Shown piece after piece: positions 42,886 to 52,249 of a DNA stretch of 64,000 bases. The notes below the pieces were generated by a model, which was given only the letters and a program-made list of their open reading frames with translations, made no database searches and was not told the origin of the DNA. Positions within the stretch are counted from its first letter, which is position 1, and the number at the start of each line of letters is the position of its first letter. Source of the stretch: an uncultured Alphaproteobacteria bacterium (lineage in GTDB: Bacteria; Pseudomonadota; Alphaproteobacteria; Methylaequorales; Methylaequoraceae); NCBI GenBank assembly GCA_902579395.1, contig CACHGK010000002.1:19378-83377 (forward strand), written 5' to 3'. The position numbers and the translations under genes were made by a program.

Positions 42886-43611
42886 ATGAAAAAACCCATA
42901 ATTGGCATAACACTTGATGAAGAGGAAAAAGCTACATACTCCAATTATCCATGGTATGCTGCCAGAAGGAACTACTCTGATTCAATTGAAAAAGCAGGAG
43001 GAATAAGTATTTTTCTTCCAAACAACCCTAAATCAATTAATCAGTATCTTTCAATAATAAATGGACTAGTAATTACAGGTGGGGATTTTGATATTCATCC
43101 AAAAATCTATGGTCAAAATATCCAAAGCTCAAAAGTTTCAATCAAGATGAGCAGAACAGACTTTGAATTCAAAATAACGGAGAGAGCATTAAAAAAAGAT
43201 ATTCCAATTTTAGGTATTTGCGGCGGACATCAACTTATAAATGTAGTTTTTGGAGGCACACTTATACAACATATTCCAGATGCTTTAGATTCAAAGATTA
43301 ATCATGAGCAGACAAATCCTAGAGATGAGGCCAGTCACTTTGTAAATATAAAAAAAGGCACAAAATTATTTGATATTGTAAAAAGTGAAAAAATGTTTGT
43401 TAACTCAGCTCACCATCAAGCAGTGAACAAAATTGGAAAAAAACTGATAGCCTCTGCTTTCTCTGATGATGGTATCATTGAATGTATCGAGTCAAAAGAA
43501 TTATCATATTGCATAGGAATCCAATGGCACCCTGAATTTCTTATAGATAAAAAAGACATTTCTATTTTTAAATCATTAATTTATTGCGCAAAAAATAAAA
43601 TTGAAAAATAA
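42886..43611 (+). CDS. Class-I glutamine amidotransferase-like hydrolase (peptidase C26, gamma-glutamyl-GABA hydrolase-like)
   Basis: GICGGHQLINV nucleophile elbow and a C-terminal HQ…E triad region. Confidence 0.7.
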   Translation: MKKPIIGITLDEEEKATYSNYPWYAARRNYSDSIEKAGGISIFLPNNPKSINQYLSIINGLVITGGDFDIHPKIYGQNIQSSKVSIKMSRTDFEFKITERALKKDIPILGICGGHQLINVVFGGTLIQHIPDALDSKINHEQTNPRDEASHFVNIKKGTKLFDIVKSEKMFVNSAHHQAVNKIGKKLIASAFSDDGIIECIESKELSYCIGIQWHPEFLIDKKDISIFKSLIYCAKNKIEK

Positions 43612-44347
43612 ATTAATAAGAATATCAAAGCTAATTTCACATGCTGGAATCTGCTCAAGAAAAGAAGCAGAAAATTTAATAGAAAATTCAAGGGTCAAGA
43701 TAAATGATAGAGTCTTTAAAAAGTTTTTTATTGCATTAGACGAAATTAAGTCTATCAAAGTTAATAATAAAATACTTAAAAAAAAACCAACCAAAGTTTG
43801 GATTCTAAATAAGCCAGAAGGCTATGTTTGTTCTAATAAAGAGCAATTTTCTCAAAAGAGTATTTTTAGATTAATACCTAGGGATTTACCTAGAGTTGTG
43901 ACTGTAGGAAGGTTAGATATAAATTCAGACGGACTAATTATTTTAACAAATAACCCATCACTCTCTGCTTTTCTTGAATTACCCGAAAATCAAATAAATA
44001 GAATTTATAGAGTGAAAGTATTTGGGAATATAAATTCAGAGTTAAAAAAAAATTCTCATAATCATTTATTTATTAAAGGTGTACTATACAAAAACTTTAA
44101 AGTTAAAATTCTTACAAATAAACATAATAATAATCTTTTAGAAATATGCTTAAAAGAGGGTAAAAATAGAGAAATCAGGAATATCCTTAAATATTTCAAT
44201 CTTAAAGTAAAAAAATTAACACGAATAAGTTTTGGGCCATTTAAACTTAATGATATTAATAAAGGAGAAATATTTGAGGTAAATACTAAACACTTGGAGA
44301 AAATTCTAAAATCACTTAATTTTTATAATGAAAATAATTTCTGGTAA
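43601..44347 (+). CDS. Pseudouridine synthase, RsuA/RluB family
   Basis: N-terminal S4 domain (RISKLISHAGICSRKEAENLI) and the catalytic VTVGRLDINSDGLIILTN motif. Confidence 0.75.
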   Translation: MKNKLIRISKLISHAGICSRKEAENLIENSRVKINDRVFKKFFIALDEIKSIKVNNKILKKKPTKVWILNKPEGYVCSNKEQFSQKSIFRLIPRDLPRVVTVGRLDINSDGLIILTNNPSLSAFLELPENQINRIYRVKVFGNINSELKKNSHNHLFIKGVLYKNFKVKILTNKHNNNLLEICLKEGKNREIRNILKYFNLKVKKLTRISFGPFKLNDINKGEIFEVNTKHLEKILKSLNFYNENNFW

Positions 44348-44885
44348 ACTTAAAGGAAGAAATTTATTAGGACCAAAAAGTAGTCATGTACGTCCTACTT
44401 CATACAGAGCAAAAGAGATGATATACAGTACATTGAACTCATTACTTATCAAAATGAATAAAAGTTTAACAAACTCAACAGTTCTTGATTGTTTTTGTGG
44501 TACTGGTGCATTGGGGATAGAAGCTATTTCAAGAGGAGCAAAGAAGGTCTTTTTTATTGATAATTCAGAGGAAGCTTTAAAAATTTGTGAAGAAAATTGC
44601 TATAAATTAGAAATAATTAATTCTGTAGAAATTATAAATTTAAATTTAATAAATAAAGATTTAAATAATATTATGTTGAATTTTGATATATTTTTTTGTG
44701 ACCCTCCTTACGGAAAAGTATCAATTGAAGATATTTTAGATAAGATAAATCCAAAACTTAACTCTAATGCAATTGGAATTATTGAATTACCTAAAAAACA
44801 TCAGAATATAAATTTTAAAAATCTTAAAGTATTAAAAAAGAAATATACAGCAAATTCGCAATTTAATTTTATTTTGAAAAACTGA
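44328..44885 (+). CDS. rsmD: 16S rRNA (guanine966-N2)-methyltransferase RsmD
   Basis: LDCFCGTGALGIEAISRGA SAM-binding motif and the DPPYG motif. Confidence 0.75.
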   Translation: MKIISGKLKGRNLLGPKSSHVRPTSYRAKEMIYSTLNSLLIKMNKSLTNSTVLDCFCGTGALGIEAISRGAKKVFFIDNSEEALKICEENCYKLEIINSVEIINLNLINKDLNNIMLNFDIFFCDPPYGKVSIEDILDKINPKLNSNAIGIIELPKKHQNINFKNLKVLKKKYTANSQFNFILKN

Positions 44886-44887
44886 GT

Positions 44888-46633
44888 TTATTTTCGACCA
44901 AATAGCTTTTCAATTTGATTTAAATCTAATTCAACATAAGTTGGTCTCCCATGATTACATTGTCCAGAAAATTTTGTTTTTTCCATCTCTCTTAATAATT
45001 GGTTCATTTCATCAATTTGTAATTCTCTTCCTGATCTGATTGAACCATGACAAGCCATTGTCGAACAGATTTTATTTATTTGAGATTCTAAAGTTTTAAA
45101 ATCTTTTTCATTTTCCATTTCATGAACGAGTGATTCTACTAGTTTCTTAATATCACAGTTTGATATAATTGCTGGAATTTCTCTAACAACCAGAGAATTA
45201 AGTCCAAAATTTTCAATTTTTAAACCAAATCTAATAAATTGATTAAGTCTTTTTCCAATATTTTTTGAAATTATTGGATCAATGTTTATCACAATCGGTA
45301 TTAATAGGATTTGAGTTTTTACATTTTCTTTATAAAAATCCTCTTTAATTTTTTCATAAATAATTCTTTCATGTGCGGCATGTTGATCAACAATTATAAC
45401 ACCAGTTTCTGTTTCAGAAATAATATAATTTTCATGAAATTGAGTTTTAGCAAAACCTAAAGGATGTGATCTCAAGTCATTACCTTCATTAATAACGGAA
45501 TCTTCAATTGAATCTTTTGTTCTTTCAATTTTATTTATACTTTCTTTCAGAGTTAAATTATTTTGCACCTCATAATTGTCTGAAGTTTTTTTTTCTATTT
45601 TCAAAGAATTTAACGAATTTGTTCTATGCCCAATTCTTTCAAGTGTCTTTTTTACAGAATCTATTATAAAAGAATCTAGAAATTTTTTATCTGCGAATCT
45701 TACTTCGTTCTTCATAGGATGAACATTTACATCGACCCAATCAAATGGACATTCTATTTTAAGTATAAGTTGAGGGAAACGGTCATGAAACATAAGATCT
45801 CTGTATGCTACTTTAAGTATGGTATTGAGATTTTTGTCATTAACTATTCTTCCATTTACAAAAATAAATTGATTATTTGTATTTGAATAATTAAAAGTTG
45901 GAATACCTAAAAGACCCTGCACAATTATGCCTTTATTTTCTTGATAAATCTCAATGGAATTTTCCAAAAACTCACTACCTAAAATTTCCGATACTCTGTG
46001 ATAAAAAATATTTTTTGAAGTCTTATGCTTAAACTTAGATGTATTGATAATTCTTTTTTTATCAATAAACAAATTAAACTGAGTGCTAATGTTTATCAAT
46101 GCAAATTTTTTTACTAATCTTTTTATTAGAAGAGATTCATAGTTTTCTGACTTTAAAAATTTAAGTCTTGCGGGAGTTGAGAAAAAAAGATTTTTAACAC
46201 TCACGTGTGTTCCTTTTTTCTGCATCACTGGTTTTATATGAATTAGATCACCTGAACTAATACTAATCTCATAACCCTCGGTATTATCTCTTGAATTTGA
46301 CCTCATAATAAAGTCTGATACCGAGACTATTGATGACAAAGCTTCTCCTCTAAATCCCATCGTTTTAATTTCAGTCAATTTTTGTGAATTAAGCTTTGAT
46401 GTAGCATGTCTTAAAACTGATTTTTCTAAATCTTCTTTTTCAATTCCTAATCCATCATCAGAAATTGTTATCTCGCTCTTGCCTCCATTACGAATATATA
46501 TATCAATCTTTTTTGCCTCAGCATCAATACTATTTTCTAAAAGCTCCTTTACAGCTGAAACTGGTCTTTCTAAAACTTCCCCAGCAGCAATTTGGTTGAT
46601 TAGATTTTCAGGTAAAACTTTAATTTGACTCAT
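44888..46633 (-). CDS. mutL: DNA mismatch repair protein MutL
   Basis: GHKL ATPase N-terminus (AAGEVLERPVSAVKELLENSIDA, GFRGEAL) and a C-terminal dimerisation domain. Confidence 0.9.
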   Translation of the reverse strand: MSQIKVLPENLINQIAAGEVLERPVSAVKELLENSIDAEAKKIDIYIRNGGKSEITISDDGLGIEKEDLEKSVLRHATSKLNSQKLTEIKTMGFRGEALSSIVSVSDFIMRSNSRDNTEGYEISISSGDLIHIKPVMQKKGTHVSVKNLFFSTPARLKFLKSENYESLLIKRLVKKFALINISTQFNLFIDKKRIINTSKFKHKTSKNIFYHRVSEILGSEFLENSIEIYQENKGIIVQGLLGIPTFNYSNTNNQFIFVNGRIVNDKNLNTILKVAYRDLMFHDRFPQLILKIECPFDWVDVNVHPMKNEVRFADKKFLDSFIIDSVKKTLERIGHRTNSLNSLKIEKKTSDNYEVQNNLTLKESINKIERTKDSIEDSVINEGNDLRSHPLGFAKTQFHENYIISETETGVIIVDQHAAHERIIYEKIKEDFYKENVKTQILLIPIVINIDPIISKNIGKRLNQFIRFGLKIENFGLNSLVVREIPAIISNCDIKKLVESLVHEMENEKDFKTLESQINKICSTMACHGSIRSGRELQIDEMNQLLREMEKTKFSGQCNHGRPTYVELDLNQIEKLFGRK

Positions 46634-47867
46634 TTTTTTTCAAATATATCTTTGTTAGTTTTTTTCCTTCTTCCACCGCTGGTTGGTCAAATGGAAAAAC
46701 ATCAAGAAGCAAACAACCAAAAATAGTTTCTATAAAAAATAACATCATCAAACTACCAATTTGTTTTTGATCGTTTAAATCAATAATAAATAATCTTAAG
46801 GGCAAATTTCTATCTTTCAAAGTTTGAATTGTGGCCCTCATTTCACATTGTAAAAGATTATCCATTGATCTTTTATGCATAGGTTCATATTTTTCAGCTT
46901 TTGAGATATAGCAACTTAGTTTAGTACCTTTAATTTTTTTTTTTCCAATAATTGTAAAAAATTTATCTCTAGGACCATCAAGATAAAGTTGTAGTTGACT
47001 ATGCTGATCAACTGTTCCCAAAGCGTTTATTGGTGTTATCCCTTTTTTATTTTTTCCAATGCTTTCTGCCCACAACTGTCTATACCAAAATGACAAATTA
47101 CTTAATGAGTCAGCATAAGGCATAATGACTGACATGCTGACATTTTTTTTATTTAATTCTATCAGACTCAATGTTGGAAGCAAAAAATCATTGAAATATT
47201 GATCATTTTTGATTTTTACTAAAAAATCCTTTGCACCCTTGCAAAAGTCTTTAATATCAAAATTTACTAATGCTGCAGGAAGCAATCCAACTATCGAAAA
47301 AACTGAAAACCTTCCACCCACTGATTTTGGATGAGGAAGAAAAAATAAATCTTTATTTTCTTGGATCTTTTTTAGAGTGCTTCTCTTTTCTTCAGTAATA
47401 ATAAAAAACCTATCTTTAATTTGAATTTTATTTTTTTGGAAGATGTTCTCAATAAGAAAGTATTGTGAAATCGTTTCAATTGTTTCTCCTGACTTTGAGG
47501 TTATAACACAAGCAGTTTTTTTTAAATTAATTTCTTTTAAAAGATTATTTATTTGACTGAAGTCGATATTCTCCAAAAAAAAAATATTTGGTTTTGTGGA
47601 ATTAAAAAATTGACTTCCTATTATTGAGACTAAAGTTTTTCCACCTAAACTCGATCCTCCTGTGCCGAGAAATAAAACGTAATCAAAATTTCTTAATTTT
47701 TTTACTACTGAAGATATAATTTTATAGTCTTTATTTAGCAAGTCTTCTATAAAGCCATATTCTTGTTTTTCGATAGAGTCTAATAACTCTCGTTTTATTT
47801 TTTGGTATTTAACTGTTTGTTGCTTTTTCTTAAATTTTTCTAGATTAAATGTTTCTTGAAAAACCAT
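46620..47867 (-). CDS. pgi: Glucose-6-phosphate isomerase, short form
   Basis: SIS-domain motifs FLGTGGSSLGGK and GGRFSVFSIVGL. At 415 aa it is shorter than the canonical PGI of about 540 aa. Confidence 0.6.
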   Translation of the reverse strand: MVFQETFNLEKFKKKQQTVKYQKIKRELLDSIEKQEYGFIEDLLNKDYKIISSVVKKLRNFDYVLFLGTGGSSLGGKTLVSIIGSQFFNSTKPNIFFLENIDFSQINNLLKEINLKKTACVITSKSGETIETISQYFLIENIFQKNKIQIKDRFFIITEEKRSTLKKIQENKDLFFLPHPKSVGGRFSVFSIVGLLPAALVNFDIKDFCKGAKDFLVKIKNDQYFNDFLLPTLSLIELNKKNVSMSVIMPYADSLSNLSFWYRQLWAESIGKNKKGITPINALGTVDQHSQLQLYLDGPRDKFFTIIGKKKIKGTKLSCYISKAEKYEPMHKRSMDNLLQCEMRATIQTLKDRNLPLRLFIIDLNDQKQIGSLMMLFFIETIFGCLLLDVFPFDQPAVEEGKKLTKIYLKKNESN

Positions 47868-47869
47868 AC

Positions 47870-49153
47870 TTACTCTGGCTCTCCAACAATCATAAAAAAT
47901 AGTTTACTACTGTCAAATGTTTCAAATATTACTTTGTTAACTTTATCTAACTCTAAATTATTTATAATTTCTTCTCTCCTATTAAAATAATCTTCTCCAA
48001 GCTTATAGTACTGAACAACCTGTAATAATCTAGCAATTGAAAGAGTGCTTGTAAAATTTCTTGTGAATGAACCGTTGAAATAGTCTTTAGCATTTTGAAA
48101 TTCTTCTTTTGATATTCCTATTTTTCGCATCCTATCCCATTCATTTTTAACAGTGTTAACTGTTTTATAAACAGATTCATTTCTGGTTTGAAAGCCTCCA
48201 ATTAAAACTCCGTCACTCTCATAAGGGAGTAAATATGAATAAATTGAATAAACCAAACCTTTTTTTTCTCTTATGTTATTGTATAATCTTGACTGGAACC
48301 CTCCACCACCAAGGATATAATTTGCAACCCTTAATGCAAAAAAATTATCATTATTTCTTTCAAAGCCAGGATGACCAAATAAAACGCTTGTTTGTGGGGT
48401 TGTTATTTTGAATATTTTATCGCCTTGTGATAATGATAAAAACTTTTCTAGTTTAGAGATTTTGAAAGAATCATTCATTTCAGAGAATACTAAATCAATC
48501 AGTTTTTTTATTTCATTTTTGTCAATATTTCCAGAAACTCCGATTACTAAATTACTCTTCTGAAATGCTTTCTTTCGAAAATCAATTAAATCATTTCTAT
48601 TAATTTTTTTAATAGATTCAATTGTTCCTTTAATATTTCTAGAAAAACTGTGATCTCCAAAAAAATTTTTATTAAACAAATTTGATGCAATTGTTGGTAT
48701 ATTGGATTGATCAATTTTAATACTTGAAATTATCTGTTTTCTTACCTTTTCAATTTCTGAATCGTCAAACCTAGGGTGATTCAAAGCCTCATAAAACAAT
48801 TTGAAACCTTCACTAACTTGGCTAGTAATGACTTGAAAAGATCCCTCAATCTTGTCTTTTTGTGAAGATATATTTAACTTCATTCCATTAAGTTTCATCA
48901 CTTCTTTAAATTCACTTGCTGATAAATTTCTAGTTCCCTCGTCTAACAATGAAGTCATTAAATTTGAAAGCCCTTGTTTTTTTTCATTTTCTAGGTAACT
49001 CCCTCCTCTGAAGCTAAAGCTCACACTTACGATCGGAATTGAAGAATCCTTCACAAACCAAAAACTAATACCTGATTTAGTTTTTAATTGATCAAACTCT
49101 AGGGCCGTTAGGTTTTTAAAAAAAAATATTAAAATAATAAAAAAAATTTTCAA
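47870..49153 (-). CDS. M16 family peptidase, probably the non-catalytic subunit
   Basis: Signal peptide and M16 fold without an HxxEH motif. It is coupled to the next M16 gene. Confidence 0.7.
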   Translation of the reverse strand: MKIFFIILIFFFKNLTALEFDQLKTKSGISFWFVKDSSIPIVSVSFSFRGGSYLENEKKQGLSNLMTSLLDEGTRNLSASEFKEVMKLNGMKLNISSQKDKIEGSFQVITSQVSEGFKLFYEALNHPRFDDSEIEKVRKQIISSIKIDQSNIPTIASNLFNKNFFGDHSFSRNIKGTIESIKKINRNDLIDFRKKAFQKSNLVIGVSGNIDKNEIKKLIDLVFSEMNDSFKISKLEKFLSLSQGDKIFKITTPQTSVLFGHPGFERNNDNFFALRVANYILGGGGFQSRLYNNIREKKGLVYSIYSYLLPYESDGVLIGGFQTRNESVYKTVNTVKNEWDRMRKIGISKEEFQNAKDYFNGSFTRNFTSTLSIARLLQVVQYYKLGEDYFNRREEIINNLELDKVNKVIFETFDSSKLFFMIVGEPE

Positions 49154-50463
49154 TTTTTAAGACTGCCTGTAACAAAGTTTTTATTTTGGTTAAATTCTTT
49201 CAATTCCTTAATGACCATATCAAGCGATATCTTTTTCAATTTTTTATTCCAATTCTCAATATCATTCAACTTAAGCCCAATGGTAAGAGCCTCGCCAATG
49301 ATCTCCGCTGGCTTTAAAATTCCATCCATTCCATAAATACTGTCGTAAAAATATTTTTTCTTCTCTAAACTTAATTTCTCTTGGGTAATTTTTGTATCAA
49401 TTGCTTCTGCTATATAAACTTCTATATTTTTACTTATCTCAGACTCTTTTATTTCCCCATTTGGAATTGCGTACATATATATATATCCGTCTCCTTTTGA
49501 TAATCCTTGGTAAAAGCCTCCAATCATAGAAAATATCTTTTGCCTATTTACAAACTCTTCATAGAGAATACTTGAGGTGCCACCAGCAAGAATTTTCATA
49601 CCTAAATCTAAAGCCAATGAATCAAGAACGGAATCATTGTAAGACTTTGCCCTATAAATTCTTTTCCAAATCTGCTGTTTAACATTTTTATTTTTTAGTT
49701 CAACACTTGTTGTGGTTTTAAATATTGGTTCTCGAAGATTAAAATCTTTTTTTTTCTTAGAGGACTCTATATTACCATAATATTTTTTAACTAATTCTTT
49801 GGCTTTAGGTAATGTGATATCTCCCGAAAGCACAAGAACTGCATTATTAGGGCTATAAAATTCCTGATAAAAAGACATCACATCATCATAATTCAATTCC
49901 TCTATTTCATGTTTCCAACCTATAATTGGCCTACCATAATAATTGTTTGGGAATAAGATACTTCTCATCGATTCATCTAGTTGGGCTGACGGATCACTCT
50001 CAATTCTTTGAAAACGCTCCTCTAAAATGACCTTCTTCTCAATTTCAACATTTTTTTTATTAAGAATTAGGTTTTTCATTCTATCTGCTTCGAGTTCAAT
50101 AATTTTTTCTAGATGCTGACTAGGAAAGATTTGATAATAAGCTGTATAATCATAACTTGTGAAAGCATTTTCACTTCCACCAATTTTAGATAGATATTTT
50201 GAAAAAAAATCATTTGGAAACTTTTTGGTTCCCTTGAACATTAAATGTTCCATAAAATGTGCTAATCCACTTTTCCCTCTTTTTTCAACACTTGAGCCAA
50301 AATTATACCAGATCATCTGGGCTATGACAGGTGCTCTAGGATTTTCAACGACAACTACTTTAAGTCCATTACTTAATTCAAAAGATTTTGCGTTAAATAT
50401 TTTTTTTGATTCTAAATCATAGCAAAATAGTACTAGACAAAGAAAAAATAAAAATGATTTCAT
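49150..50463 (-). CDS. M16 family zinc peptidase (pitrilysin-like), catalytic subunit
   Basis: Signal peptide and the inverted zincin motif HFMEHLMFKGT. Confidence 0.8.
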   Translation of the reverse strand: MKSFLFFLCLVLFCYDLESKKIFNAKSFELSNGLKVVVVENPRAPVIAQMIWYNFGSSVEKRGKSGLAHFMEHLMFKGTKKFPNDFFSKYLSKIGGSENAFTSYDYTAYYQIFPSQHLEKIIELEADRMKNLILNKKNVEIEKKVILEERFQRIESDPSAQLDESMRSILFPNNYYGRPIIGWKHEIEELNYDDVMSFYQEFYSPNNAVLVLSGDITLPKAKELVKKYYGNIESSKKKKDFNLREPIFKTTTSVELKNKNVKQQIWKRIYRAKSYNDSVLDSLALDLGMKILAGGTSSILYEEFVNRQKIFSMIGGFYQGLSKGDGYIYMYAIPNGEIKESEISKNIEVYIAEAIDTKITQEKLSLEKKKYFYDSIYGMDGILKPAEIIGEALTIGLKLNDIENWNKKLKKISLDMVIKELKEFNQNKNFVTGSLKN

Positions 50464-51048
50464 TTAATCTATTATCGGGAGGTTTTCTATATTTTTAGGA
50501 TCACTGTTTAGTTGGATATTTTGAACGTTATTAAAATCCCCGTAAGTTGCTGGGGGATTGTTCAAAAAAGAAGAAACATTTTGATCAGGTAAATATCTCC
50601 TAGAGAAATTGTATCCCTTATCATATATCGGTCTGTAATATAAGTTTCCTTGCTTAAAACCTTGAACATATTGACCATAAACCCACTGACCAATGGTAAA
50701 TTTTTTATTCTGTTTAAATCTTTCTAGTGAATCGGACGGTGTTGGCGACGATTCAACATTTATTTGAGGAGCTGAAAAATTTTTTATCTGTGGTTGAACA
50801 CTTTGAAATTGATTTTGTAAAATTTCACTACGTCTGATTGTATTGCTCGGTATACTTTGGTTTCTCGAGGGTTTGGCAACCATATCAAAGTCTGGAGGAA
50901 GAACTAATTCCGGAGTTTCTTGAATTAGGTCGTTTTCAAGATCAGGCTTTGACAATCCTGCAATGTCTTGGAATGTTTCACAAGATAACAAAAAAAGAAT
51001 GCAACCTAATACTAAAATACGTTTAAAGTTCTCAATCATAATCATCAC
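50464..51048 (-). CDS. Low-complexity lipoprotein, possibly DUF3035-like
   Basis: Lipobox LLSC, followed by Q/N/P/S-rich sequence and a Y-rich C-terminal module (YGQYVQGFKQGNLYYRPIYDKGYNF). Confidence 0.45.
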   Translation of the reverse strand: MMIMIENFKRILVLGCILFLLSCETFQDIAGLSKPDLENDLIQETPELVLPPDFDMVAKPSRNQSIPSNTIRRSEILQNQFQSVQPQIKNFSAPQINVESSPTPSDSLERFKQNKKFTIGQWVYGQYVQGFKQGNLYYRPIYDKGYNFSRRYLPDQNVSSFLNNPPATYGDFNNVQNIQLNSDPKNIENLPIID

Positions 51049-51673
51049 ACATAAATCCTCCGTTTACGAAATCCTGAGCAACTCTCACACAGTCGTTTTG
51101 TATACCATAAAGTTCCATTTCTTCTTCTAAAGTAATGACTGATTTCGAATTATTCAATGTACTATTCGGATCGATATTAGGCTGTATTAAAGACCTATTC
51201 GCAGGAAGACCCAGACTGTTTGAATATGAATATGGGATTTGGGGAGCCTGATCAATAGAGTACTGCGGAAAAGGCGGCGGCGGCGGTGCCGGCATCGGTG
51301 TGCCATTTGGTCCGACGAAATAATATTGTCTTTGACTTCTATATATTGGATCATAATAAGTTTGTTGTTGCGGAATGAAATTTTGAGGTTGAATATTTTG
51401 TTGATTGAAGTTGTTTAGCTGACCACTATCAAAATAATTATCATCAGGCATCGCATATTCAGGTACTTCAACCGCTTCCTCTATAACTATAGCTTCACTT
51501 TGTTCTGGTTCTTCATCCTCCCAGAAGTTAACTGAATCGTAGATAAAATCGCCAGCCTCAGAAATTGAGTCCCATGTAGAATCTACAGTTGATTCCAAAG
51601 TGGAACAAGACTGGATCGCAAAAAATAGCAAAGCTAAGCAGAAGTACTTAATTTTATTCGCAAGATTTGTCAT
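51032..51673 (-). CDS. Low-complexity lipoprotein with a proline-rich segment
   Basis: Lipobox-like AIQSC, an acidic stretch, a Q/N-rich region, PMPAPPPPPFPQYS, and a C-terminal pair of cysteines. Confidence 0.45.
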   Translation of the reverse strand: MTNLANKIKYFCLALLFFAIQSCSTLESTVDSTWDSISEAGDFIYDSVNFWEDEEPEQSEAIVIEEAVEVPEYAMPDDNYFDSGQLNNFNQQNIQPQNFIPQQQTYYDPIYRSQRQYYFVGPNGTPMPAPPPPPFPQYSIDQAPQIPYSYSNSLGLPANRSLIQPNIDPNSTLNNSKSVITLEEEMELYGIQNDCVRVAQDFVNGGFMCDDYD

Positions 51674-51784
51674 ATATACTATATATAGTGTTTTAAAAAA
51701 TATTCATAAGAACATTTTGTTGATTATAGTTATATTGATAACATTACTTTTGTATTTTGAAAAGCATAATTCACAATTAATTTA

Positions 51785-52249
51785 TTATTTATTTTGCAAC
51801 ATTTGGGTTAAAAATATTACTGCACCAATTGTAATAAATGAATCTGCAAAGTTGAATGCTGGCCAATGAAATTTATTAACATAAATATCAATAAAATCAA
51901 TTACATAACCATTAATTAATCTGTCATAACCATTTCCAAGTGCACCACTTAATATTAATGACAGACTAATTACCTCCGAATTTTTTTTTGTTTTTATTAT
52001 TAAGAAAATAATGTATCCAGAAATAATTAGTGATAAAATTCCTAAATAAAATGGAATATTAAAGTTTGAAAGGAGTCCAAAACTTACACCTTTATTCTCA
52101 ACATAGACAAGATTAAAACCAACAAAAACATTTACTCCAGATGATAATAAATCAATATTTTTCAAAACTATTAGCTTTGATATTTGATCAATTAAAAAGC
52201 AAATGGAAACTATTATTAATGAATGTTTATGATATTTACTTATTTTCAT
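51785..52249 (-). CDS. lspA: Lipoprotein signal peptidase II
   Basis: 154 aa with four transmembrane segments and the NxGxxFG and FNxAD motifs (NKGVSFGLL, FNFADSFITIG). Confidence 0.85.
   Translation of the reverse strand: MKISKYHKHSLIIVSICFLIDQISKLIVLKNIDLLSSGVNVFVGFNLVYVENKGVSFGLLSNFNIPFYLGILSLIISGYIIFLIIKTKKNSEVISLSLILSGALGNGYDRLINGYVIDFIDIYVNKFHWPAFNFADSFITIGAVIFLTQMLQNK

Noticed and set aside
51230-51300. Local GC-rich island (GGCGGCGGCGGTGCCGGCATCGG) that might mark an RNA gene or an insertion
   Set aside because: It is the reverse complement of codons for the PAPPPPPF proline run in the lipoprotein ORF. The reading frame explains the composition.
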